The notes below the pieces were generated by a model. The model made no database searches, was not told the DNA's origin, and was given only the letters and a program-made list of their open reading frames with translations. A program made the translations under genes and the position numbers. A DNA stretch of 63,992 nucleotides, the filler included, from an uncultured Methanosarcinales archaeon (GTDB lineage: Archaea; Nanobdellota; Nanobdellia; Woesearchaeales; CALCXY01), in NCBI GenBank assembly GCA_964385185.1. It is 4 parts of 4 records of this genome, joined end to end, with 100 filler letters (N's around TTAATTAATTAA, not from the genome) between each part and the next. Parts side by side here need not be neighbours in the genome. Positions count along the whole stretch, not along the records: positions 1 to 26,077 come from CAYLOA010000015.1; 3 more parts are not named here. The stretch is one strand, 5' to 3'. Below, in pieces: positions 10,972 to 20,387 of the stretch; position 1 is the first letter of the stretch, and every line of letters starts with the position of its first letter.

Positions 10972-11083
10972 TACCTCTAATTCCCCTTTTCCCTATATAA
11001 ATCTATCTCATAATATACATATTATATGATAAAATATATATCATATGATAAATTAAATCAATTAAAAAGTAATTCAAGAAAAA

Positions 11084-12241
11084 CTAAGAAACAACAAGTG
11101 TCCCAGTCATACCATTATGACCGCTTCCACAGAATACACTACAATGTATGGTAAACTCTCCCACCTGATCTGCAACAAAAGTAACAACAACTTCTTCCCC
11201 AACAGGCAAAGTAACCTGAACCCCAAATTCTCCTAAAAAAAGTCCATGATCTACATCTTCAGAAGTAATTTTCAAAGTAACACTGTCTCCTTGATTAACT
11301 TCGATTCTTTCAGGTAAAAATGAAAATTGCTTTGCAGTTACAATAAATTCTTTATCTGTACTTTCCTCTTCAACAATCGGCTCCTCACAACTTCCAGAAC
11401 AACACACTCCAGCATCTGAAGCTGTTAACTCATCAATACATGTCTCATCCCCTCCACACAAAACACCTCCTTGATCACTACAACTCATGACAACACATTG
11501 TCCACTTTGACACGCTTCATTACTATTACAACTGACACCAGTACAACTATCAGTCCTTTCATTACATGAAGTACAACAATCACTCCCTAACCTACCAACA
11601 CAGAGTTGTTCAGGACTACACACAACCCCTTTCAACTCACTACAACTGAGAGCAACACAACTTCCCTCTTTACATACCTCTCCACTATCACAATCAACAT
11701 CACCACACACATCATCTATAATACATCCACCCACACAACACAGATTCGTGTCACTACCTACTTTTAAACTTCCATCGCAACTTGATCCACCACCACAAAC
11801 TTGTCCACCTAATTCTGAACAACTTTTTCTAAAACATTCTCCTTCAAAACACTGCTCACCTTCTCTACACACAACTCCCTCGCAAAGATCCTCTACAATA
11901 ACAGATTCAATGGGTTGTGTAACAACACTTTCACCTCTACTTGCTATAACTCCAGCACTCTCAGAATTTCTCCCAATAACCACTTCTTGTTCCACAGGTG
12001 AAAAAGCATTCAATACAAAGAACACTCCAGCAATCACCATCAATATCATTAAAATTCCTACAAAAATTAGTATTTTCCCTGATAAATGATGCTTATTCTC
12101 AACCTGATGATGGGGACGTAATGCTTCTGCCACCTGCCCAGCATTATAACCTTGATTAACCAACGCAGTATACAACTGTCCAGCACTAAATCCTTTGGCT
12201 TTATTTGTAGCTATATAATCTTCAATCCTTTTATCTACCAT
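11084..12241 (-). CDS. Membrane-anchored Cys-rich repeat protein with C-terminal CuA-type cupredoxin domain
   Basis: One TM segment, three Cys-rich units, then DVDHG...HCSVFCGSGHNGM. Confidence 0.8.
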   Translation of the reverse strand: MVDKRIEDYIATNKAKGFSAGQLYTALVNQGYNAGQVAEALRPHHQVENKHHLSGKILIFVGILMILMVIAGVFFVLNAFSPVEQEVVIGRNSESAGVIASRGESVVTQPIESVIVEDLCEGVVCREGEQCFEGECFRKSCSELGGQVCGGGSSCDGSLKVGSDTNLCCVGGCIIDDVCGDVDCDSGEVCKEGSCVALSCSELKGVVCSPEQLCVGRLGSDCCTSCNERTDSCTGVSCNSNEACQSGQCVVMSCSDQGGVLCGGDETCIDELTASDAGVCCSGSCEEPIVEEESTDKEFIVTAKQFSFLPERIEVNQGDSVTLKITSEDVDHGLFLGEFGVQVTLPVGEEVVVTFVADQVGEFTIHCSVFCGSGHNGMTGTLVVS

Positions 12242-12273
12242 TACCTTCTATCCCAGAATACAGTTATATAAAT

Positions 12274-12651
12274 CTATTTCTCCTTAAAATCCAAAGCAGC
12301 AGAATTAATACAAAATCTCTTTCCAGAAGGTTGAGGTCCATCATCAAACACATGAACTAAATGGCCCTTACATTTTTTACAATGCACTTCAGTCCTTTTC
12401 ATAAAAAACTTACGATCACTTTCCGTCTCCACACCAGTGGCCTTTGAAAAACTAGGCCACCCTGTTCCAGAATCAAACTTATCAGAAGATAAAAACAACT
12501 TTCCTCCACAGCCAGCACACATATATGTACCTTTGGCATGATTATCATGCAACCCACCAGAAAAAGCAGGCTCAGTCCCTTTTTCACGCAAGACATGAAA
12601 CTGCTGCGCATTTAACTTTTTCCGCCAACCGTCTTCATCCTTGGGAATCAT
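12274..12651 (-). CDS. msrB: Peptide methionine sulfoxide reductase B
   Basis: KGTEPAF, KFDSGTGWPSF, HVFDDGP, RFCINS. Confidence 0.95.
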   Translation of the reverse strand: MIPKDEDGWRKKLNAQQFHVLREKGTEPAFSGGLHDNHAKGTYMCAGCGGKLFLSSDKFDSGTGWPSFSKATGVETESDRKFFMKRTEVHCKKCKGHLVHVFDDGPQPSGKRFCINSAALDFKEK

Positions 12652-13019
12652 TTAGAAAAAAACTCCAAAGTACCTGGAAGTATTAAAGCAATAGAAATGA
12701 CCAATAAGATCATATTATATTTTAATCCAGGAGTTTGAATACCAAAAAACAAAACTACTAAAGCCATAGCAATCCATCCATAAATATGATGCTGTAATCC
12801 AATCTTATTCTTTGCAAACCACATATTCCATACAAGTGTAGTATAATAAACTAAAAGAATAACTCCCACAAGTAATATCCCAAAACTATACTGCATGAGT
12901 TCAGCTGAAAAGATACTACCAATAGCAAAAGCAAACAAGATCTTTCCCCAAATAGCAAGAGTGAAGTTCCTCTTAGAAAGCTTCCGAATCATCCGCTCTT
13001 CCCATTGTAAAAATCCCAT
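12648..13019 (-). CDS. Hypothetical 4-TM membrane protein
   Basis: Hydrophobic ORF; overlaps the msrB start. Confidence 0.6.
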   Translation of the reverse strand: MGFLQWEERMIRKLSKRNFTLAIWGKILFAFAIGSIFSAELMQYSFGILLVGVILLVYYTTLVWNMWFAKNKIGLQHHIYGWIAMALVVLFFGIQTPGLKYNMILLVISIALILPGTLEFFSK

Positions 13020-13051
13020 ACACCTAATCTAGAATTTATACTATAAAAACT

Positions 13052-13678
13052 TTACTTTTGCAATACAATAACATTATCATATAGTTTAGGTTCTTCCTGA
13101 TTTTCTACATCTCCAGCTTTGGGACCAAGATACTTATCTATAGTATACCCCATGTGTTTTAAACTCGATGTATCTAGCTCCCAACGTCCTTCCTGCAAAG
13201 AATGAATCCCAAATCCTTTTGGTTTTGTAATCGTCAAAGCTTGTTGCAATGTTCCATATTCATAATTATATGATGGTGTAGTGAATCCTCTTGAAGAGAC
13301 ACTTCCAAAGTAAGCCATAGAGGTTATTAGGTCAAATTCACCAACTGCAAAATAATTTGCTATTCTCTGAGCCATACCCCACTTTTTGGTAAATGCATAC
13401 TTTTTGAATGGAAGATGCCATTCATCAAGTCCAACTACCTTTGCTCCTTGAGATGCAAGATATTCTGCCATCCTCGGCCCATTATTATTTTCAAGTTGAA
13501 ATCCCCAAATATCATGGCCACATGCAATATCTAATATAGAAACACCATTAAAATCACCAAATATTTGCTCAGCGAACGCAACTGTTAGTGCAGTTCTTTC
13601 TTTCATTGTAGTATCACTAACGAGAGCATCAACTCTATCTTTAACAATTCCCCTCATTTCAGGTGTTTCAAAGTTCAT
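13052..13678 (-). CDS. Class I SAM-dependent methyltransferase
   Basis: ILDIACG motif I, VVGLD, FDLI, KPKG. Confidence 0.75.
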   Translation of the reverse strand: MNFETPEMRGIVKDRVDALVSDTTMKERTALTVAFAEQIFGDFNGVSILDIACGHDIWGFQLENNNGPRMAEYLASQGAKVVGLDEWHLPFKKYAFTKKWGMAQRIANYFAVGEFDLITSMAYFGSVSSRGFTTPSYNYEYGTLQQALTITKPKGFGIHSLQEGRWELDTSSLKHMGYTIDKYLGPKAGDVENQEEPKLYDNVIVLQK

Positions 13679-13714
13679 ATATCAGAGAAGTCTATATTTC
13701 ATTATAAATCTTTG

Positions 13715-14122
13715 TCAGTAAAACCTATTCTCAAGCCAACTTTTAATTCCCTTCTCACTCCCATCAAAATGGGGTTCAGGCAAATCTTTAGGATCAACCC
13801 ATCGTAATTCTTCACATTTTGTAGGTTCCATTATTTTAGGCTCACCCTTAAATTCCTTAGTATGCAAAATTACAGATGCACCATGAAGACTTTCCTCATG
13901 AAATGATGCCACATTATTAGTCAGACCAACCACACTAGGATCAACAAGCTCGATTCCACATTCTTCCATAATTTCTCGAGTAGCAGTCTCTTCAAAATGT
14001 TCACATTTGTCAACCATCCCTCCAGGGATGCTCCATTTGGGTTGAAAACCACCACATCGTTTCTGCAGTAATATCTTACCCTCTCGCTCAATGATAACTC
14101 CTACTCCAACATGAACACTCAT
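13715..14122 (-). CDS. Nudix hydrolase
   Basis: Nudix box PGGMVDKCEHFEETATREIMEECGI. Confidence 0.9.
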   Translation of the reverse strand: MSVHVGVGVIIEREGKILLQKRCGGFQPKWSIPGGMVDKCEHFEETATREIMEECGIELVDPSVVGLTNNVASFHEESLHGASVILHTKEFKGEPKIMEPTKCEELRWVDPKDLPEPHFDGSEKGIKSWLENRFY

Positions 14123-14209
14123 ATAAAACCTATTTCTCTCAAACTATTTAATATTTACCCCTTACCATACTAGCAAACTTTATTAAACCCCAATCTCATA
14201 TATCTCCTT

Positions 14210-14641
14210 ATGGTAATGGACATGAAGATGGCAGGAAAACCAAAACATGGTTTATTCGGAAGTAAAGCCCCTCCACCACCCTCAGGTCCAGATATGAATA
14301 TTGTTCATGATTTAGCAACACTAACAAGAAGATTAAGAGTTCTAGAATCTCAATACACAAATACAAGAAGAAGAATCACAGTTATAGATGAAAACATGAT
14401 GTCTCATGGAAAGAAATTAAATCAAGAAATTGACACTGTAAATGAAGAAATGACAGATTTAAAAAAAGCAGTAGAATCCATGGATGAAAAATTAGTTACC
14501 ATCATAAAAGAACTTAAACATGCAGCAAAAATAGGCGATGTTGAAGTATTAAAGAAATACATAGAAATATGGCAACCTTTAGACTTTGTCACAAGAGACC
14601 AAGTAGAAAAGATTGTAAAAGACTTTATAGCAGAGCAATAA
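14210..14641 (+). CDS. Coiled-coil hypothetical protein
   Basis: Pro-rich N-terminus, heptad-rich body; TATA box upstream. Confidence 0.65.
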   Translation: MVMDMKMAGKPKHGLFGSKAPPPPSGPDMNIVHDLATLTRRLRVLESQYTNTRRRITVIDENMMSHGKKLNQEIDTVNEEMTDLKKAVESMDEKLVTIIKELKHAAKIGDVEVLKKYIEIWQPLDFVTRDQVEKIVKDFIAEQ

Positions 14642-14676
14642 CAACATTTAAATAAGTTATAACCCAAAAAAACAAT

Positions 14677-15321
14677 ATGTCATTATTCGATCTTAAGAAG
14701 AAAGAGGCACCACCACCTCAACAACCAGCCCCTTTTCCTACGGATCTTCCTCCAGATTTTCCACAAGGACAAGGATCTAATCTTCCTGTAGATAAAATAA
14801 ACAATTTACGATCACAAGGTCTTTCTGATAATCAAATAATTCAAACACTACAAAGGGATGGATTTACTTCTGACCAAGTATTTGAAGCTATGACACAGTC
14901 TGGAATGCAGGCAGCAGGTCCGCTTCCACCCGATCAAGTTCCTCAAGGTATGGCTCCTATGGGTCCTCCTATGCAAATGCCAAACATGGCAAACGATTCA
15001 AGCCACACAGAAGAATTGGTAGAGTCAATTATTAACGAAAAATGGGGAGAATTAGTAAAAACAATTAACAAAATTAATGAGTGGAAAGAACACACAGATA
15101 CCACGTTAAAGAAAATGCAACAACAATTAGTTGATGTAAAGGGTGAATTTACCAACCTCCATAAAGCCTTAATTGGTAAAATATCTGATTACGATCAAAA
15201 CATTCTCAGTGTAGGGACAGAAATTAAAGCTTTGGAAAAAGTATTTCAGAAAGTCCTACCAACATTTACTTCTAATGTTTCAGAATTGGATAGAATCACA
15301 AAGAAACTTAAGAAAAAATAG
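14677..15321 (+). CDS. Pro-rich/coiled-coil hypothetical protein
   Basis: Small helical motif GLSDNQIIQTLQRDGFTSDQV plus C-terminal coiled coil. Confidence 0.65.
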   Translation: MSLFDLKKKEAPPPQQPAPFPTDLPPDFPQGQGSNLPVDKINNLRSQGLSDNQIIQTLQRDGFTSDQVFEAMTQSGMQAAGPLPPDQVPQGMAPMGPPMQMPNMANDSSHTEELVESIINEKWGELVKTINKINEWKEHTDTTLKKMQQQLVDVKGEFTNLHKALIGKISDYDQNILSVGTEIKALEKVFQKVLPTFTSNVSELDRITKKLKKK

Positions 15322-15329
15322 AGACTTCT

Positions 15330-15887
15330 TTACCCATTAGCTAATCGACTAACGGTAAATGCTCCAACTAATAATACAAGAATCATACCTAATACATTAG
15401 GATGAACTAAAGTATCCCAGAAATCATTCTCTTGCTGACTTACTTCTCCTGTTCCTTCTTCATACCCTCGGCTAAAATCAGTCTCACCAACACCGCCAAA
15501 ATCACTGACAACGCTAACGAGAGAACCAACAAAGATCAATAAACCTAATCCCACAATCCAAACATTAAGATAATCATGTCGTGGACTCTTGAAAACTCCC
15601 ATAATATCTCCTTCATTAAATCCAAGAATCATAAACATCATCATGATAAAGAGTATCCCAAAGGCTAAAAAGACAAACCACGGTGCCATCAAACTAATAA
15701 CTTCACGCACAACAGGAAATAGGATAGACAATATTGCCAAAGATAAAGCTGATATGGCACCTAATCCTTTATTCTCCCCAAATATCTTAGTTTTCAAAAA
15801 GATTGCATAAAAGATACAAAAAACTAGAAGAAAAGGAAATATAACTCGAAAGCTTGAAAGTAAGCTTGTATCTATAGGCGTTGCCAT
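15330..15887 (-). CDS. Membrane protein, paralog 3 of PFLLxF..KTKxxG family
   Basis: IFPFLLVFCIFYAIFLKTKIFG. Confidence 0.75.
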   Translation of the reverse strand: MATPIDTSLLSSFRVIFPFLLVFCIFYAIFLKTKIFGENKGLGAISALSLAILSILFPVVREVISLMAPWFVFLAFGILFIMMMFMILGFNEGDIMGVFKSPRHDYLNVWIVGLGLLIFVGSLVSVVSDFGGVGETDFSRGYEEGTGEVSQQENDFWDTLVHPNVLGMILVLLVGAFTVSRLANG

Positions 15888-15890
15888 TCT

Positions 15891-16478
15891 CTAAGGTTTT
15901 TTGAACATATTTCCTAGGCCATCAGTTAATTTACTAAGACCATGGATTTTATTCTGTTCTTCACTGTCTCTAGTAATAAACCAGATCACAATACCGAACA
16001 CCAATAATATGACAATCAACGCCCAGACATCGGGATCCTGTATCCAGCGGAGCCATCCTGGAACATAAGAAAACCATCCGGCAGCTCTTCCAAAAATCCA
16101 GATGATAACAATGAATGAAATAATTGCAATCCAACCACTAAGAGATCCACCCATCCAATGAGCTTCTCCCCCGAGGATACCTATCAAAACAAGTAACATG
16201 ATAATTGCTACAAAGATGATAGATACTTGAGGTAAGGCAGTATTAATAATCAGTACGACGTCTCCTTCCGGAGGATAACTATTCGTCACGTGCGGTATAA
16301 CAACTAAAAGTGAAATAACCAGTGAAACAATAACATTGAAATTCTTTTTACCTTCTCCTAAAACTTTAGTTTTCTGAAGAATTGCAAATAAGATAACGAA
16401 TATCAGTAAAAATGGGAGTAAAGCATCTGTAAGACCCCAACTCTCTAAGACTTCTACGAATTCAACAAAATCAACCAT
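15891..16478 (-). CDS. Membrane protein, paralog 2 of PFLLxF..KTKxxG family
   Basis: LLPFLLIFVILFAILQKTKVLG; SD GAGGTG. Confidence 0.75.
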   Translation of the reverse strand: MVDFVEFVEVLESWGLTDALLPFLLIFVILFAILQKTKVLGEGKKNFNVIVSLVISLLVVIPHVTNSYPPEGDVVLIINTALPQVSIIFVAIIMLLVLIGILGGEAHWMGGSLSGWIAIISFIVIIWIFGRAAGWFSYVPGWLRWIQDPDVWALIVILLVFGIVIWFITRDSEEQNKIHGLSKLTDGLGNMFKKP

Positions 16479-16656
16479 GATTGCACCTCACTGTAATTGG
16501 GTAAAATTGAATTTCTATCATTTTGATTAGTTATTCAATTTTTCCTCTGTGGACTTTGACTTTTATATTTAAACTCAAAGTCCTCAATAGGTTATTCTTT
16601 CATTTTGAGTTTTATGGTATTTAAATCTTTCCATTAACAAGTAAATTAGAAACTAC

Positions 16657-17244
16657 TTAATCATCCTTTTTATGGGGTTTTTTAGGTTCATGTCCATGAT
16701 GTTTGGGTTCTTGAACAATGTACATAATAAATCCAATAATAACTAACATTAACACAATACTCCCTACTGCAGTACTATTGAAATTACTCACAACATAATC
16801 AATAACATATTCTCCCCATGGCTCTCCATCATCAGTCTTTACAGCCCATAAGAATATGACAATAATTCCAATAAACATAATGGCCATGAATAACTTTCGC
16901 CATCCACCTTCTAAAGCAACCAATTCTCCTTCTTTGTAGAAACTTCCTATCAATAATAAAAAGATGACAGCTAAGAATAACAATACCACCATATTACTAC
17001 TCACTTCAGTAATCGTTTGCACTAATTTACTACTAGCAACGACCATAAAGGCGATAACAAAACTCGCCATAGCGTTAAGATTCTTTTTAGTATAACTTTT
17101 ACCCTCTATCTCTTCCATTCCAAGAACTTTAGTTTTCTCAAAAATGGCAAAAACAATAGTAAAGACCAATAAAAACGGCAATAAGACATCATACACTCCA
17201 ATTCTATCAAAGAATTCAATTATATCTCGAAATGCACTTGCCAT
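16657..17244 (-). CDS. Membrane protein, paralog 1 of PFLLxF..KTKxxG family (start moved to MASAF)
   Basis: LLPFLLVFTIVFAIFEKTKVLG; TATA box about 25 nt before ATG 17244. Confidence 0.75.
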   Translation of the reverse strand: MASAFRDIIEFFDRIGVYDVLLPFLLVFTIVFAIFEKTKVLGMEEIEGKSYTKKNLNAMASFVIAFMVVASSKLVQTITEVSSNMVVLLFLAVIFLLLIGSFYKEGELVALEGGWRKLFMAIMFIGIIVIFLWAVKTDDGEPWGEYVIDYVVSNFNSTAVGSIVLMLVIIGFIMYIVQEPKHHGHEPKKPHKKDD

Positions 17245-17329
17245 AATCTTAATTTCAGTTTTGCAATATATAAACGTTTTGTTTAACCTAAAAGAAACCT
17301 TTATATAACCACCTACACACCTTCTAGGA

Positions 17330-17878
17330 ATGCTAAACAAGAAAGAATTTGATAGTATTAGAAAAGACCTAAAATCGTTCGATGAAAAACGAGAAGAAGT
17401 CATCCAATTATCTAGAACTATTATCCAGCTATCAAAGCAAATAATCTACGCATTACATAGAGATGAAGATCCAAAAAAGAAAATAGAAGAAATGCAAGCA
17501 AAAATCGATGAACTTCCTAAAACAAAATTTGATACTAATATAGACAAGGTGGCTTACCAAGAATATGTGGAAGCGTTAACTTATGCACAATTTGTAAAAG
17601 ATAAAACGATTCCTACGAGAAAAGATTTAAACGTCGACACAGAATCATACTTACTAGGTCTTGCAGATTTATCAGGAGAATTAGTAAGAAAAGCTGCAAA
17701 TAGTGTTATTAACAAACAACCGAAGCAAGCAGAAGAAATTCGAGAATTAGTTGAACAAATTTACGGACAGTTCTTAACATTCGATTTAAGAAATGGAGAA
17801 CTGAGAAAGAAATCAGATCAAATTAAATACAATTTACAAAGACTTGACAGTATAGTTTACGATATTAAAAAGAAGTAA
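17330..17878 (+). CDS. Translin/TRAX-family (C3PO-like) RNA endonuclease
   Basis: YQEYVEA and YLLGLADLSGELVR acidic motifs, LRKKSD. Confidence 0.85.
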   Translation: MLNKKEFDSIRKDLKSFDEKREEVIQLSRTIIQLSKQIIYALHRDEDPKKKIEEMQAKIDELPKTKFDTNIDKVAYQEYVEALTYAQFVKDKTIPTRKDLNVDTESYLLGLADLSGELVRKAANSVINKQPKQAEEIRELVEQIYGQFLTFDLRNGELRKKSDQIKYNLQRLDSIVYDIKKK

Positions 17879-17892
17879 AATACAGCCATCAA

Positions 17893-17978
17893 CAGCTGGA
17901 CGATGCCCTTGCATTTCCAGCTAATGGTCTGGAAATGCAGAAGGGCAGGTTCACTGTGTGAACCACCAAGTCCAGCTG
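17893..17978 (+). repeat. Structured intergenic element, copy A (three-way junction)
   Basis: CAGCTGGAC/GTCCAGCTG closing stem; long hairpin with GA bulge; GGTTCAC-TGT-GTGAACC. Confidence 0.85.
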
Positions 17979-18012
17979 CAAAAAGAACAAGTCCAAAAAA
18001 GCCAACAAAAAA

Positions 18013-18582
18013 ATGAAAGATTTAACAAACTACTTTTTCGAAGTAGGAAACCTTCAAAGAGTTGCCAACTCAGGTTGGTGGCTAATTGGAGAAAAGAATC
18101 CAAACTCAGTTGCTGAACACGTTCATAGAGCTTCTACAATTGCATTCTGTCTTGCACACTTAGAGGATAAAGATCCATTTAAAGCATCATCAATTACCCT
18201 CTTCCATGACAATCATGAATCACGAGTAACTGATTTACATAAAGTAGCTCAAAAATATGTAGACTTAAAAAAAGTTGACGTAAAAGTCCTGCAAGATCAA
18301 ACATACAGTCTTCCAAATCAAATCAAAGAAAGCATTCAAACATTATTTAACGAATACCATACACAATCAACTGCTGAAGGTATTATTGCAAGAGATGCAG
18401 ATTTATTAGAGTACGGATTAAAAGCGAGAGAATTAATGGTGCAAGGGAATGTCGCAGCAAAAGATTGGCTAGACAACATTAACAAGTTAGTTAAAACAGA
18501 TTCTGGCATCAAACTAGCAAAATCATTATACAAAGCCGACCCAAATGATTGGTGGAAAGATCTGAAGAACATAAAAAGATAA
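18013..18582 (+). CDS. HD-domain phosphohydrolase (YfbR/HDDC2-like)
   Basis: SVAEHVHR, LFHDNHE, ARDADLLE. Confidence 0.85.
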   Translation: MKDLTNYFFEVGNLQRVANSGWWLIGEKNPNSVAEHVHRASTIAFCLAHLEDKDPFKASSITLFHDNHESRVTDLHKVAQKYVDLKKVDVKVLQDQTYSLPNQIKESIQTLFNEYHTQSTAEGIIARDADLLEYGLKARELMVQGNVAAKDWLDNINKLVKTDSGIKLAKSLYKADPNDWWKDLKNIKR

Positions 18583-18583
18583 A

Positions 18584-19219
18584 ATGCTAGACATCCTCAA
18601 TAAAATTCATTGGCTTGGACATTCTTCTTTCATTATCGAACCTGATAAAACAATAATCCTTGACCCGTTCAAAATCACCACAGAAAAGAAAGCAGACATT
18701 CTATTCATTTCTCACGAACACTATGATCACTGTTCACCAGATGATATTGAAAAAGTAATACAACCCTCAACAATCATTGTCACTGTCCCTGGAAATCAAT
18801 CCAAAATTGCACCTTTCGCAGAGCAAGTTGCAGATGTAAAAATTGTAAAACCCGGAGATTCCTTAGAAATAGATAACATCCACATCCTAGTAACTCCTGC
18901 TTACAATACTAACAAAGATTTCCACCCTAAAGCAAACGATTGGGTCGGATTTATATTAACAATAGACGATACAAAAATCTATTACGCTTCAGATACAGAC
19001 GTAATAGACGAAATGCAAACGATAGAATGTGATATAGCCATCCTTCCTATTTCAGGAAAATTTGTTATGACGCCAGAAGAAGCTGCAGAAGCAACTAAAA
19101 TTCTAAATCCAAAAGTAGCCATCCCCATGCATTATGGAGATATCATTGGAACAGACGAAGATGCTAAGAAATTCGAATCATTATGTGAATGCGATGTTAA
19201 AATATTAGATAAAAATTAA
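18584..19219 (+). CDS. Metallo-beta-lactamase fold hydrolase
   Basis: WLGHSSF, SHEHYDH, IPMHYG. Confidence 0.9.
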   Translation: MLDILNKIHWLGHSSFIIEPDKTIILDPFKITTEKKADILFISHEHYDHCSPDDIEKVIQPSTIIVTVPGNQSKIAPFAEQVADVKIVKPGDSLEIDNIHILVTPAYNTNKDFHPKANDWVGFILTIDDTKIYYASDTDVIDEMQTIECDIAILPISGKFVMTPEEAAEATKILNPKVAIPMHYGDIIGTDEDAKKFESLCECDVKILDKN

Positions 19220-20310
19220 CCAAACTTCTTCCCAATATCTTTACGAACCTTCTCAAAACTGCCCTTCTCAATCCCTTCCCTTATAGAATCCATCAACCTC
19301 TGCATAAAATACAAATTATGATAGCTACAAAGTCGATATCCAGTAGGTTCATTCATCCTCATCTGATAAGAAAGAAAAGCACGTGAAAAGTTCTTACACA
19401 CATAACAATCACAATCCTTATCCAACGCCTTAGAATCTGTCCGAAAAGCAGCATTTTTAATCCTAATCTTACCTTTAGAAGTAAACAACGTCCCATGTCT
19501 AGCATTCTGTGTATGATACGCCGAATCAAAACAATCAACTCCTGCACCAACAGCCTCAACAATATCAGCTGGATTGCCCACACCCATTAAATATCTTATT
19601 TTACTATCATCAAGTTCTTTAATACTCGTCTGCATAGCCTTGACCATTTTAGCATGTCCTTCACCTAATGCCAATCCACCAATAGCAACTCCATCAAAAT
19701 CTAAAGAATCTATAAACTGTGCACTCTTCTTCCGAACATCTAAATGCAACCCTCCTTGACAAATTCCAAATATCTTCTGTTTCTTAATTTTATACTGTAA
19801 ACATTCTTCTGCCCATCGATGCGTTCTATCAAGAGACTTCTCTACATCTTTCTTTCCAGCTTTTACAGAAGGCATATCATCCAAACACATGGCAACATCC
19901 GATCCAAGAGCTTGTTGAACCTGCATAGCATCCTTCGGAGTGTACAAAAACTTATTGCCATGCCAAGGATTGGTAAACACAATACCATCTTCCTGACTTT
20001 TTACATAGAAACTTTCCCTATCAGCCTGAAACCCTCCAGAGTCAGTAAAAATGACACCATCAAAACCACTAAACCTATGTAATCCTCCAACCTTCTCAAC
20101 AATATCAACTCCAGGGTTCAAAGATAACACTAACGAATTTGAAATCCAAGCTCCAGTTCCAATCTCTGATAAATCTTGGGGCGTAATACACTTAACACTC
20201 CCCTTAGTAGCACAAGGCATTAAGAAAGGTGTCTTCACCTTCCGACCATTGACTGACAACTCCCCACTTCTACCATCATTCTTAGAATCTGTTTCCTTAA
20301 TCGTGAACAT
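19216..20310 (-). CDS. tgt: tRNA-guanine transglycosylase, bacterial (queuosine)-type architecture
   Basis: TDSGGFQ, GICQGG, IGGLALGE, RYLMGVG, Zn site CDCYVC..H; 364 aa, no PUA domain. Confidence 0.85.
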   Translation of the reverse strand: MFTIKETDSKNDGRSGELSVNGRKVKTPFLMPCATKGSVKCITPQDLSEIGTGAWISNSLVLSLNPGVDIVEKVGGLHRFSGFDGVIFTDSGGFQADRESFYVKSQEDGIVFTNPWHGNKFLYTPKDAMQVQQALGSDVAMCLDDMPSVKAGKKDVEKSLDRTHRWAEECLQYKIKKQKIFGICQGGLHLDVRKKSAQFIDSLDFDGVAIGGLALGEGHAKMVKAMQTSIKELDDSKIRYLMGVGNPADIVEAVGAGVDCFDSAYHTQNARHGTLFTSKGKIRIKNAAFRTDSKALDKDCDCYVCKNFSRAFLSYQMRMNEPTGYRLCSYHNLYFMQRLMDSIREGIEKGSFEKVRKDIGKKFG

Positions 20311-20387
20311 ACAAATATAAACTGATTCGTAATTTATAAAGTTACCTCACAATAACCTTTATATACATCCAGCCACTTCTTTAACCT

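Noticed and set aside
17893..17978. Three-way junction as hammerhead ribozyme or tRNA
   Set aside because: No CUGANGA/GAAA junction core on either strand and no T-loop or cloverleaf.
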